A stretch of 64,000 nt of DNA from Octopus bimaculoides (taxonomy: Eukaryota). The DNA is taken from the NCBI RefSeq assembly GCF_001194135.2, contig NC_068988.1, forward strand, positions 78,840,174 to 78,904,173, read 5' to 3'. A model generated the notes under the pieces. It saw only the letters and a program-made list of their open reading frames with translations, was not told where the DNA came from and did no database searches. Positions 1 to 13,378 of the stretch are shown here, piece after piece (within the stretch, counting starts at the first letter, position 1; every line of letters begins with the position of its first letter). The translations under genes and the position numbers were made by a program.

Positions 1-3
1 TAT

Positions 4-34
<31 letters not shown>

Positions 35-36
<2 letters not shown>

Positions 37-85
37 CTCTTTTACTTATTTCAGCCATGCGGCCGTGGTCATGCTGGAGCACCAC
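35..85 (-). mobile_element. Tail-only copy of the CR1-like LINE / SINE family A 3' end
   Basis: Reverse complement GTGGTGCTCCAGCATGACCACGGCCGCATGGCTGAAATAAGTAAAAGAGTA aligns to the LINE tail at 3032-3080 and to SINE-A tails; it abuts a (TA)n run. Confidence 0.8.
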
Positions 86-420
86 TATGATCTTTCTTAC
101 TTCCTCAGTCTGTGTGTTTCACAGCACCACTTCTGTATGTGCCTTTGTCCCAGCTGTTGGTACATTTGGTGTATAGTGGAGTTTGATTCTGCTGCAGGGA
201 ATACAGGGAAAATAGATTCCTCTTATAAGGATGAAAACATCCAATTTTTAACTGGATCAACTGTTAAATACCCAATTTAGTAAAGATAAACTTTACAATT
301 CATATTGGTATACATTAGATTTATAAAAATGAAAAGAAAATGGAGATATATAATTGTCAATTAAAAAATTTAAATTTCTTAACATAGCGTTATATTATAT
401 TGATATAATAATATAAATAG

Positions 421-609
421 AATATAATAAATAATAAATATTAAATACAACTTACATACAAATACATACAATTATTTCGATTCTTACCCTCATATATCAA
501 ACATTACACTGAAGAAATTCTTACCTATTAACATGGATTTAAAGTGTCTTTTATTGTGGGTAAGAATCGAAATAATTGCATGTAATTTGTATTTATTATT
601 TATTATATT
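421..609. mobile_element. AT-rich fold-back / MITE-like element
   Basis: Perfect 21-bp inverted repeat CAATTATTTCGATTCTTACCC (469-489) vs 558-578. The outer arms also match (421-440 is the reverse complement of 590-609). Confidence 0.7.
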
Positions 610-700
610 ATATTATTAAATGAATATAATATAATATAATATAATATAATATTATGTGAATAAATTTTAATTTTTGAATTGAAAATTGTATATCTCCATT

Positions 701-706
701 TTCTTT

Positions 707-759
<53 letters not shown>

Positions 760-765
760 AATATA

Positions 766-810
<45 letters not shown>
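701..810. repeat. Compound (TA)n-(TG)n microsatellite
   Basis: Read directly from the sequence; it abuts the 5' truncation point of the LINE. Confidence 0.97.
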
Positions 811-812
<2 letters not shown>

Positions 813-3087
813 AAGAAACTCTCAGAATCTTTCCAGCTTGAACTTCCTTAAGGCAAACTGGAAACAAATTGAGAAAGAAGATGCTCAAACAAAACTGGTC
901 TAAATGTCTCTCCTCACCGGACATCGACATGAAACTTCAACAATTCATGTCTGTAATGCAAGCCATATGCTACAAATGTGTCCCGGAGAGAAAGGCCACT
1001 GTAAACAAGAACAAAATCCCCAGGGAGAGGAAAATTCTTATGAGACGGCTTACAAAAGTTTCAAATCGCCTAAACAAACAAATTGAAAGCAGTGAAAAGT
1101 GCCATGAAAAAGAAAGAGCAGACAATGAAGCCTGGGCTATAGACAATATAAAATCTAACCCCAGAGCTCTCTACAAGTTTTCCAAAGCAACAGCTTCAGT
1201 GCACTGCAGGATAGGGCCACTCCTAGAAAAGATGGTACACTCACAGGAAACCCAATGAGGATAAGCGAAATACTAAATGAGCAATTCAAAAGTGTTTTCA
1301 CTCCACCCCTAGGACACTTTCAAGTCAGCAATTCAACTGACTGTTTTACCACTGCAGATATAAAAACAGAGACAATGATGATCGATTACATCAATATAAA
1401 GCAAGACGTTGTAATAAGGGCTATAGATGAAATGAACCCAAACTCAGCTACTGGCCCTGATGGATTCCCAGCAATCCTTCTAAAAGTATGTAAGCGAGTC
1501 CTAGCAAGACCACTGCAGTCCCTCTTTCGCTTCCTTGCATCTGGCATACTCCCAAGAAAACTGAAGGGGGGCAAAATATGTCCTATTCATAAAGGAGGTA
1601 GCAGAGCGGAGGCCAAAAACTACACAGCTACCTCTCTGACGTCGCACATCAGCAAGGTCATGGAACGAATAGTCAGAAGAAAGCTAATCGCCTTCCTTGA
1701 AGAAAATGACTTGCTGCCTGACACCCAATATGGTTTCCGACCAGGAAGTAGCTGCCTGACTCAGCTCTTACAACACTATGACTGGGTGCTGAAACAGCTG
1801 CTCAACCACTCAAATGTGGAAGTGATATATCTCGACTTTGCGAAGGCCTTTGATAAAGTCGATCATGGAATGATAGGTCACAAACTGCGTGATCTCGGTA
1901 TAGCTGGAAAATTGGGAGAATGGCTTCACGACTTTCTGAAGGATAGAAGTCAGGTGGTAGTAGCCAATGGGGCCATCTCCAATGACACGCAAATAGTGAG
2001 CGGTGTTCCGTAAGGCACTGTTTTGGGACCACTACTGTTCATAATGGCCCTCTCAGACATGCCCTCAGCCACACGCAGAGCCACAATCACAAGTTATGCA
2101 GATGATACAAAAGTCTCACAGGTAATACAGAACCCTGAAGACACTATGCGCCTGCAATGTGAGCTGGATGAAATATACAAGTGGGCTGAAAAGAAAGCAT
2201 GCAGTTTAATGTTGAAATGTTTCAAGCCTTGTGCTATCAGCATGTAAAACTAAATGCAATACCCATTAAATACACTGGACTTGGAGGGACTGCAATCCCA
2301 GAGGCACAGTCAGTGCGAGACCTGGGCATTCACATGAGTTATGATGCATCCTTTCATGTGCATGTCGCTAAATTAGCAATGAAATGCAGACGGCTGACCA
2401 GATGGATTCTTAGGACTTTTAGAACAAGAGATCAGGAAACCATGATGGTCCTCTGGAGCACACTTGTCCTAAGCCACTTTTGACTATTGCTCTCTCAGCT
2501 ATGGTCACCAACCAGTGTCGAGTTAATCTCAGAACTTGAGGCAATCCAACGAAGCTACACGAAGATAGCCTCTATGCAGCATATAAGCTATTGGGAAAGA
2601 CTCAAGAGATTAAGATTCTATTCCTTAGAGCGTAGGCGAGAAAGATATGCCATAATATACATCTGGAAGATCCTCGAAGGACTTGTCCCAAACTTTGGCA
2701 TTGAGAGTTACACAAATACTAGAACTGGGTGCCACTGCATAGTGCCAAGAACTCCAAATTTGTCATCAAGATGTGGGACAAGATACTGAAATAGCCTGAG
2801 CTTCAGAGGTCCACAGCTCTTTAATATCCTCCCGAAGAACCTGAGAGACCTGCATGGGGTGGATGTTGGTGTCTTCAACTTAAAGCTGGACCTCTTCCTG
2901 TCAAGTGTCCCAGATGAACCAACTTCGCGGCAGGAGGTGCAAATGAGGGCAGCTGCATCAAACTCTCTGATGCATCAAATGTCAATTCCTTAAAAGCATT
3001 TGTGAAGTAAAATTATGTAGCAACACCAAATGGCGGTGCCCCAGCATGACCACAGCTCATGAGCTGAAACTAGATAAAATGAAATGA
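811..3087 (+). mobile_element. 5'-truncated, inactivated CR1/L2-group LINE (RT pseudogene plus 3' UTR/tail)
   Basis: ORF fragments 869-1258, 1255-2013, 2023-2247, 2199-2483 and 2487-2789 carry RT motifs: SATGPDGFPAILLK, YLDFAKAFDKVDH, SGVP*GTVLGPLLF (TAA at 2011 where Q is expected), YADDTK, VRDLGIHM, SLERRRERYAIIYIWKILEGLVPN. There are several frameshifts and no endonuclease domain. The element ends ...GAGCTGAAACTAGATAAAATGAAATGA. Confidence 0.95.
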
Positions 3088-3088
3088 T

Positions 3089-3605
3089 ATATTATATTCG
3101 AGGAAAAAAATCAAAACCAAGACAGAATGAATATCTTGAGTCATTTAGAATAATTCAATTAGGGTAAGGTAAATTCTAAGTCTTACACCCGTTTCTGGGA
3201 TAATATAAGCGGTAGGTTAATATGTCCACGCACCGGGTAAGCCGTCATCAGAGACAAAGTATGAATATTTTAGATAGGGAAAATTTACAGTTTACAAGAA
3301 ATAAAATTCACAGTTTATAAAGAATAAAGGAGTATTTATTCTTCTATTTACTCCTTTATTCTTCTATTTTATTCCTTATAAACTGTGAATTATATTGCTT
3401 GTAAAATGTAAATATTTCCTGTTTAAAATATTCATACCTTGCCTCTGATAATGGAATACACTGCGTGTGAATATACTAACCTACCGCTGCGGTTATCCAA
3501 GAAACGACTGTAAGACTTCAAATTCACATTACCCGGATTAAATTATTCTAAATGACTTCAGAAACTTGTTCAACCTTGGTTTTGATTTTACCTCTAATAT
3601 AATAT
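3089..3605. mobile_element. ~520-bp imperfect palindrome (fold-back/MITE)
   Basis: The left arm (3089-~3334) aligns to the reverse complement of the right arm (~3349-3605) throughout, e.g. GTCATTTAGAATAATT, AAGTCTTACA, AGCGGTAGGTTA, ATCAGAG, GTATGAATATTTT, AATTCACAGTTTATAA. Confidence 0.9.
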
Positions 3606-6600
3606 GTACCTGCTATAACAGAACCCTAATACGGATCCCTAGATCCAGCCTTAGCTGTGATCTTGGGACCTAATGATCGATCAACTATAGCACTTACTTA
3701 GCGTATCTATTCGTTTAGATCACAAGTGGAGTAAACCCCTCATTTTCTTTATATATATATATATATAATTATGTATGTATGTATGTATGTATGTGTATGT
3801 ATGTATATATATGTATGCATGTATGTATATATATATATATATATGTATGCATGTATATATATATCTGTGTGTAATTGTGTGTGTGTACGTGTGTGTGTGT
3901 GTGTGTGTGTCACACCATTATCATCATTGTTAAGTACAACGACTGGATTACTCCCAATTATTAGTATGTTTAAACCAACACGGAGAAGAAAGAATCCTTT
4001 AAACGGTCAACAAATTGCTTCGTTGCACGAAATTATGTCTTTTACGTTTAAACCCCGCTAGAACCTAATCTGCACTTTACATTCACTAGTTATTAAATTA
4101 AATTACTAGGGAAGTGCAATAAGAAACTCTCTCGATTAATAAACATTGGCTTGTTACAAATCAAGTAATAAAGTGTTATATAAGGATAGCGTGCCTTGTG
4201 GTTGACTGGGTCCCTTATACATTCTGAGATGAAACCCCTGAAAAGAAGGATCTTCTCCTTCATTCTTCCTCTTTCGATGAAAAAGAAAATGTATCAGATG
4301 AAATATTTCAGTTAAATTTTAATTACAGGATTAAACATATTTCAAAATTGAAACATTGAATTAATCAGTGAGACTTGAAGCAGAAGTCATTAAAACATAA
4401 CACTTTAGTCCGATCGCACCAAATTTCGAGAGACTCACTTCTCATTCGTCTATTTTCTAAAAGAAACAAAAAAGAGAAAAACAACGTAAACTGTATTTTT
4501 AAATGAATAATTATCAACAATAGCATGTATATGTGTATGTGTGCGTAGAAACGTAGATTCATCACTGCCCCAGTTCTTTTGTTTATAAGACCATCGTTCT
4601 CAATAGGAAAGTATCAGTGTAAGGATAGCAATGGCATGCTGTGTACTTACGCATTCAACGGTTGTATATTTGACTGTAATCCAGTATTTCACATGCCCTG
4701 TATACTTATATATTTACATACATAGACAATAATGTGTGAACACACACAAACGCATATATATAAAAACACACATATATCTATAAATATATGACTAACATAT
4801 AATGACTTAGGAAGAGACAAAGGAAAGTAGTGATTAGTTTTATATATCAGCGAGAAATTACGTTTTGGAAATGTTGTGGAAAATAAGTTCAAAGTGATCT
4901 ACTGAGGAAAGATAATAACTTCAGAGGCTTCCAATACAAGCCACATGAACCAAGGAAGCACAGTTTTAGTGTATCGGTGTGTAAATTTAATCACAAAATA
5001 TTTGGTCTTTAAGATGGTGAGGGGGTTCAGAGTCGGTCAACGTTGTTATGTAACAAGTACTTATTTCTACTACCCTGAAAGACAAAGTGAACCTCAGCGA
5101 GATTTGAACTGAGAATAAAAGGGTAATTGAATATCACCACAAATTTTATTCCAATGCCCCACTGATTCTGTCATCCACCACCCCTTAATATACCAACATT
5201 ATTATATTTCAGATTTTAGAAATCACAGCAAAGTTTTCTTGCATCAGTTTTCCACATTTTGAATTAATAAAATGTAAATTTATTTAATAAAACTATCAAT
5301 AATCATTGTGAATGGGTTGCAAAACTGGTGTCGCTGATGAAGCTAAGTTACATAACGACTGATTATCGATTTATTAATTCCACGTTAAAAGAGAAATTTA
5401 GAATTCCATACAATTTAGTGTAAATTATAATGACGAGTTGTCACATCCATCAGTTACAAGCTTTATAAAACAACATCCGACAATTAAAATCAACTGCAGC
5501 TGACATGGGGAGGGGAACAAACCTGGATGAATTATTAAGTATCAATGGTCATTTTTCACTTCTCTTCTCCTGATGCCAAAAAGACCCTTGTTGACTTAAT
5601 TTCGCAGCGAGACTAATAATATTCATTGTTATGAATTCGTATATTTATCTATTTACAACCCACGCTCTATTGTTTTCTTTTTTGTTTTTTTTATAGATCA
5701 CTAATACATCATGTGAAGAGATCAGGCAGCGGTTTCCTTCTAATTCCGACATAATATTCGTAACAATTGTATTTAGCCATTCAAAAGCGAGCTACCTGTA
5801 TGTTACGGTTAGCAATACAACTAGATTTCGTTGTAATTGGTTTATAGTATATATGTTTATCTTATATGAAACAGAAATGAGAACATATTACGTGAAAAAC
5901 TTTAGACGTCATTTGCCAGCGTGTATGACTATGTGGTACATACTATACTTTGACTGTTGGGTGTCTACATAGTCACCAGTAAACATAGAAACTATCTCCA
6001 ACTCCTCGACGCAGTGCGACATCGAGGATTGACAGCTGGAAAGACAAAGGGCTGCAGTAGAACTAGACGGATACTCATTTTCCGATGAGTAGAGTGGAGC
6101 GGTTCAGGAATCTCAAAACCTCACGATCATGAGCATACTAGGAACACTATGTTTAACAGCATTTTTGATATAAATATGAGATATTTAGTATACGAAATAA
6201 TGCATTATGTTTAATGTTTTATATTTAAAATATCAAAGTATGTTAACGTACATCATATGCTATGCTTAATAACGTTAATATACATAGGCTAATACAATTC
6301 CTAAAATGAGGTCATTTAATAAAACTACATTTAATTTTCACTTTAAAATGGTATTAAGAATTAGGATAGTAATGCTTGATGTCCATTTTGAAGTCAGTAC
6401 TTTACACATATGTATATACGAAGTATAAAATTAGTTTAAGCTACTTATAGACGGATAAAGTGATGCGTAAATTGAAAACTTTTAATTAAGATTTTAAATT
6501 TTTGTATGTCACGCAGGTTTATTTACAAAGATACATTATCAAAAAGAAAATTACATATTTTGTTTTATTACCCGAAGAAATTCCAAACATTTTTCTCTCA

Positions 6601-8312
6601 TTAGTGAGATAAATCAGTAAAAAAAATTTGCTTTTTGTCAAATAACTTGTCCCTGTCAAAGGCAAAGTGTTATGAGTGGCTCGTTGTGTCGTTCTGGTAG
6701 CGTCAGCGACTTCTGGCTCTAGTGCTTATTAGTACACAAATATATAAATATTTTAAAATTCCCAGTAGACGACAGGAATTTAGTTCACCAACCTATATGA
6801 CAACAGATACTCACCTAAGGGGGGTCTAACAACGCACTTTCCCAAACTATTTATATTATCCCACTCTTCTCATAAAATAGAGGAGCTATTTTCTTAAACG
6901 GAATCTTATACCGTTTAACAGAAGCTCCAATCTCTACATTTAGCAACATTTATCATGTAATTGATACTGCGAGTTCATCAAATGGAAGTGAAGGCTAAAT
7001 TATTTCTACAAGATCAGTAAAAGTCGGTTGTTTTGCTTTGAATGTTGTGAAATGTCTCTAAATCTGTCTCTTTGGCATTGTGCCGTATAGTAATATTATG
7101 TTCGTGCTGGCACCAAACCTACAATATTCTCCCTACCCTTAAAACTTATAGTTATTTTAATCATACGTTATAAACCGGCTTCCTTTTTTTAAAATTCTTT
7201 TTATATTTTTAGAGAGATCTTTTATCTGAAAGAGTTGAAAGATTGTATTTTGATAGAGATATATTAACGATTTCTTTACAGTATCTACACTATTGTCTAA
7301 TTTTATTGTGTGGTTTTATTCATTTTTGTAAATAACATCAACATTTTACTACATATATTTTATTGATACATCGTCATCATAATGTCACTATCTCTCTCTC
7401 TTCTCTCACTCTCTCTTCTCTCACCCTCTCTTCTCTCACTCTCTATCTTCTCTCTCACTCTCTCTCTCTCTTTCTCTCTCTCTCTCTTCTCTCACTCTCT
7501 CTCGCTCTTCTCTCTCTCTTATTTCCGTCACTTTTGCTTCGTTTCTTTCTTCCTTTCTTCTATGCGCTCTACAACTCCCTCCTCTATCTTTCTCTTAAAT
7601 ACACAGAATTATTTGCGATTTTCTGTGCACCGCAGAGTAAGGTTTGTATCCTGATCTCGCGATGTTTTCAATCTAGTGCACCCTTTACTTCATATATTTA
7701 AAATGATAGCATATAATTTGGAGGAGATTTGGCTGTTGTTTGTAGCAGGTTGAATGAATACCTAAAGCCCCTTCCCCCGTTGTCTCGTGACTTGAATTTA
7801 TATATATTTATCTCAGCTGTACCCGAATTAGACAAATATTTCATAGCTCTTGATAGTTTTGTTCTCTTAAGCTACTAAGGAATTTTACGAAATAATATGC
7901 TAAACTGACGAGGAATTCTGTACGATACTACATACCAGAACCCCGAGGAACGCTAATAATACTAGACTTAAATTCAAAGAAGCAGCATACAAATAGAAAT
8001 ACTGTGTCATACAGTATTCCAACGCGAAGTGTTTTATTATAAACACTGTAGCCCTGCATGACCGCATTCAATTAACTGAAACTAGTAAAAGCAAAACACG
8101 ACATACAGTGCTGATATGTTATGCAGTATAGGAACTATACATATCATAGAATAGAGAAATATGAGTAGAAGATTGAGTAAAAGTAAAACGTCAACTAAGG
8201 TTTTATCGACACTCAAACATTATATTCGTGTCCATTATTAACACGTGAAGGTATTTAGAATCTAAATATACATGTATCCGTTTTGCACAGCTATATATTG
8301 GTTTTAAATTCT

Positions 8313-8512
8313 GGCACAAGGTCAGCAATTTCGGGGGGTGGGGCAAGTCGATTACAGCCATCCCAGTGCTCATCTGACACTTATTTTATTGACCCCAAAA
8401 GATGAAAGACAAAGTCGACCTCGGCGAAATTTAAATTCCGAACGTTAAGTCGAACGAAATGCTGCTCAGCATTTAACACAGGCTGCTAACCATTCTGCCA
8501 GCTCACCGCCTT
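8313..8512 (-). mobile_element. tRNA-headed SINE family B, near full length
   Basis: Reverse complement begins AAGGCGGTGAGCTGGCAGAATGGTTAGCA (A-box-like) and contains a degenerate B-box and GAGGTCGACTTTGTCTTTCATC. Collinear with the copies at 25465, 40268 and 51982. Confidence 0.88.
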
Positions 8513-11500
8513 ACTTTTGGGCACTTATATATTAGCAAAAGAAACTTGTAATAATACGGAATTCCGTGCGACATTTCTCCCATTACGGTACTTCTACGAA
8601 TATGATATGGCCTATACTCGTCCGCTGTGAGATGGTATTCCTTTCACATCTTCTCATACGATAGAGCCATCATATTTAACATGGTGCCCAAGTGATATAG
8701 TGTTTATTAAGGTTCTTTCTCTAATATGATACAGCAAACACATGCAACACAGCACCCATCGTGCTTATATCACACACGAAATACTTGTAACATGACACCT
8801 TCTGTGACATAGTGTTCATTCTAATGGAACAAAACAAACAATTTTTGTAACACGCCACCCACTGTGACATGGAATTTGCTATAGTGCTTCCGTCAAAATC
8901 ATACAGCAAATACCGTGAGAAAAGCTATCACGTTTTTATTCGGTTGAAATTTGATAATCACTTCAAGAATCTCAATTAATTTTTCACTAATCGCTTGAAC
9001 AGACAAGTAAGTAATTTCAAACGTAACTGGATAAAAAACCCCACTTAAAAAGACATTATCTGAAGCTGTGAGACATTTTAAAACCAATTTTACTCTGGGA
9101 GAGTGAAATTATGGCATTTAAAAGAAAGAAGGAACTCTACCTTGCAAGTATTTCGAATGGGAGAAATTAACTAAATTTTAGATTTGTTTGACGCATTCGT
9201 TCATGGACAAATGAAGGAATAAAAGTTATTTGTGAGTTGATGAAGAAAATAATTCTAGAATACTCTCAGCTTGGGATTTATGACTTCAAAACATTTTCAA
9301 GTATTCCTAGAGGTCTGTATCTGAGCAGGAAACAAACTTACTTTATATTACTTCACTACACCTATCAGTGGGAGACAGTTACTAGGTTTTCTGGGGAAGT
9401 AGCGGCCTCTACTTAGTTGGCTAACGGAAATGAAACCAAAGGAGGTAAAAATATTCATAAAATCTTTCGTAACATGTAATATGAATGAAACTGTCATGAA
9501 TTACTGTTCCTTATTGCCGTGTGATTTGGTTGTAAACTCATTAAATTAGCAGCTTCATGATTAATTCGAATAAAACTGTTTTATTTAATATTTTAAACTT
9601 CCTCTATATTTTCAATAAACTAGTTAAAAACAGCACGACAATATTAAAGACACTAGTCTTGAAATGGAATATCTATGTATTAAGCGTTTGTAAATCCATT
9701 CACGAAACTTTTAAAACTTTTTGTTATGTCAACAATTGATTTCTTTCTGCTTAGAAGTATTTCCTTATAATATTTTACATAAAAGCTAATCATTTCGTTT
9801 TCGTCTTATTTTCATTCGTCTCTACTGTTATAAGTTCATGAAGTGTTTCAAAGACGAATTCTGCTCAGGTAAATACGGTAGTTTTTTCCAGATACTTTGG
9901 CATGAAAAGAACTGAATTAATCACAGCAAGTCTGACCCTCGTTAGTCCCAGAGCTGACAATGCATAAGGAGATGAATGTTTATATGGGAATGTCATTTAA
10001 TCCCAAGCCGTCGCTAATACAGTAGAATTATGACCAAAGACTGTTGTGTCGACGCCCCCAGACGATGAAGTAGGCTAGCCCAATACGTAGATATAGAGGG
10101 AGAAGTCTAGACGTCGAAGTAGTTGAGTAGAGGTCATCCGAACGTGCGATATAACAAAGACAATCCAAATATGACCATCGCGTCTTATTTGCAAGTATAG
10201 TGAATTCAGGTTCACCTTATCCAATGGCTGCTTCCATTTACCAGAGAGTAGAGGTAATTCGAAAGAAATATGGCTGTTATTTTCAGCAGATGAAGCAACT
10301 ATGATAAGGTGAATTCGTCTGTTGAGAGCTAAGTGTCTTGGACTTGGGTATAATACACTATAAGTTACGAACCCCAAATCTCTCTGTTAGTTATATGTTC
10401 GTCGTCCTCACATCTATCTGTGAATTTGTCCTTATAGCATAAGAATAGAATTAACTCGAAGTGCATCGTTCACGTGTTTTCCCAAATCTTTGGTGCTTTA
10501 GACAAGTAATATGAAATGAGAACTGAAATTACGTTATGTTGTAGAATTGCACAGGCCATTAAGAAAGCAAGTACTGCTTTTATTTGACAAGACATAATGC
10601 TATATGAGCAGACACGAGCTGTTGTGACAATCATTCATGTACTTCTCAAAACATTAGCAGCGTACATTAAGTTAAATGACTTAAAACTACTTCGCACAGT
10701 CAGTTTTCCAGTAGCTTGTCTAACTGTCAACACCCGTAAACGTCAAAATAAAATTAAATTTGATTTCTTTTTCCAGGAGTGTTCACCACAGCAATAAACG
10801 GAAATAGTTTTAACTTGGAATCGTAGCAACATCTCAGATCATACACGCCAGAAGCTTATCATTAAGCTTCACACCCAATTTAAAAGTACCGTTTATTTTT
10901 ATTCTATTTAAAATATTGTGTTCGTTACCATTTTCTGATAAATTCGATTATAAATGCGCCATAAGTTCAAGATTAATGAGGTTGTCATTAGATATTGAGC
11001 TTATAATAGACTTCCAGCAAAACTATTTCTTATTGAGCTTGTAGAAGAATTTGTGTGCTTTTGCTTATCACATTAAACTGCCGGCTTCATATGCTTCTAT
11101 CCTGTACATGAATTCATCCCTTTTATTTGATAGCATTGCTTAAAGCTTCAAAACGCTAGAAACTGTTCGCAATCGAAAGAAATCTGTTTCATCTTTTTTT
11201 TTTCACAGTGAATTCTACTTAGCAGCTATTTATGTAATAATGGTAAAATACGTATTTGTACAAAGCCATTTACATTACATATGAAACTTCTTGGTGTTGC
11301 CAATGTTTCCACAGCATTTTCACAGTTCAGTGGTTGAAACCAGTAAAAGCTTAAAAAATAACCATTAAAAAAAATTATTTGTATGTCTCCTTTACAAAAA
11401 GCAGGCTTTTACTAAACCAACGGAAATCTATATTTTAACTTCGTAGCGTAGTTTCAAGTGAGAGAGTTCCTGAATATTCGGTGATTTGACTCAATCAATT

Positions 11501-12542
11501 GGTTTTGATTTGTGGTTCTCTCCCCTTTGCGTCACTTTCAACAGGAATTCGTATGAAAAATACTTGAAACCTACATCGCCGCATATTCTCTCCATGAAAG
11601 ACATATATATATACGTATGTAAGAAACTAGTACATAATGGTTGAATACGTCTATGTATTCTGGTTTCTAATTTCGTAAATATCAACATTACTTTTCACCT
11701 CATAATAAATATCAGTAATATATTCTAAAATTTCCGATTGTTTCCTCAAATGCGGAAGGACAGCGGTCATGATGGTGTTCACGGTCATCCAGGCGGGTGG
11801 GGGGAGAAGTGAAGGGAAGTCATCCTCAGCCTCGAAAACCTTTTGAAACAGGGTGATCCTCTGGGTGTCTAATAACCCTCAGCAGCCAGATGACGGTGAT
11901 ATTAATCCAAGCTATGAATTAACTCTAGGAGAGTTAATCAGCTATTTCAACAATGCCTCTTCATCAAGAGGTACGGCAGGACGCTACATCACAAGAAATA
12001 TGATTTCTGAGGGAATCAAGTACATGTATAGAAAGTATATATAACTACACGAGTACATAGAATGTCGATAGAACTACACATTTCGTTGTCATTCAAATGC
12101 TTTCTTTCCAGTTAGCAATTTGGCACTCTCGTTTTAATATTACACCGAGGAGGGACTTTAGTGAAAAACTTGCCACTTCTTGGGAAACGATGGGCCAGAT
12201 TAATACAATATAAATGAAAGTAAACTACAATCTTTGATGACATCGAAGCGAAGTCATTGTTAATAATATCCACCGAACTTGTACTGAATGGTTCATGGAT
12301 TTTTATAATCTAGGATTTTTGTATACTTTATCCTTACAATACAAATCAGAGTTTCGCGTGAGCCAATGTTTAATGTTTACAAGTAAGCAGATATAATACA
12401 TATATATATGTATGCATATGTGTGTATATATGAGTACATATATTTGTGTGCGTCAGTGTGTGTGTGTGTGAGAGAGAGGGCGAGTGTGTATATGTATGTA
12501 TGTATGCATGTATGTATGTATGTATGTATGTATGTATGTATG

Positions 12543-13330
12543 TCATTATTCAGTTTTATTTCAAGATTTCTTGCGAATAAGGAAAGAGCCAGTTTCTAAC
12601 CTACATTCAAGGCTCCTTCATTGGAATTTCAAAATCAACCACAGGGTATTTTGGTATGTATGTATGTATGTATGTATGTATGTATGTATTATGTATGTAT
12701 TATGTATGTATGTATGTATGTATGTATGTATACGTGCCGGTTTGTATGTTTTGTACTATGTATGTATTCTCATGCATATAGTTGCATATCTAGACATGCT
12801 CATATATATACTTATTTGATAAACTCCTGGAAAGTTTTACAAACTTTCTTCAGTTTCAGTGACTGCTTGGATCTGCAGTCTTCGAATCAGCTTTCTCCTT
12901 TCTGGTTTTGAGAAGTCTAATTGCTCAAGATTAGTATTCAGGCAGTGAGCTGCATATCCCAGTGCCCCAATAATTGCAGGTATAAACCTGAACTTGTAAT
13001 CTGGATAGAGTAACTGCAGATTCCTCAATAGTCCAGCGTAGGTATTGTCTTTTTCATTGATCTTCAAGTTTTGCAAACTTTGTTTAGGGATGGATTTCGA
13101 TATTTGGTGATTAAAAGAGGTTGCCGAAGAGATATGTTAAGACATTCAAAGGGATTTTTAGATCGCTGCTAAGCCTCTGCCGCCTTGTTTTCGTTTTAGG
13201 TAGAGGTGGTCTACGTGATTTATCTCGCTGCTCTATGACTTCCAGATGTTTAAACATCAGGCGTATTGACGAGAAAAGATTCTCTTTCGCCTATAAATAG
13301 TAGCCTGTCCACGAACAGGCAAAACCCATA
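12543..13330 (-). mobile_element. Internally deleted R4/Dong-NeSL-type (REL endonuclease) non-LTR retrotransposon, 3' portion
   Basis: The minus strand gives HVDHLYLKRKQGGRGL (13171-13215; RT-thumb motif of this group), followed within ~95 bp by INEKDNTYAGLLRNLQLLYPDYKFRFIPAIIGALGY...LIRRLQIQAVT (REL C-terminus). The 3' UTR contains (TACA)n and ends AATAAAACTGAATAATGA-(CATA)n. Confidence 0.82.
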
Positions 13331-13378
13331 CCTTGTGTGTGTTCGATATTGTGATTGTGTGTATATATATATGCATAC

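Noticed and set aside
5334-5375. Hammerhead core CTGATGA
   Set aside because: No downstream GAAA and no convincing stems II or III.
6882-6928. Small imperfect hairpin (GGAGCT/AGCTCC, TTAAACGG/CCGTTTAA)
   Set aside because: Short and interrupted; expected by chance in AT-rich DNA of this length.
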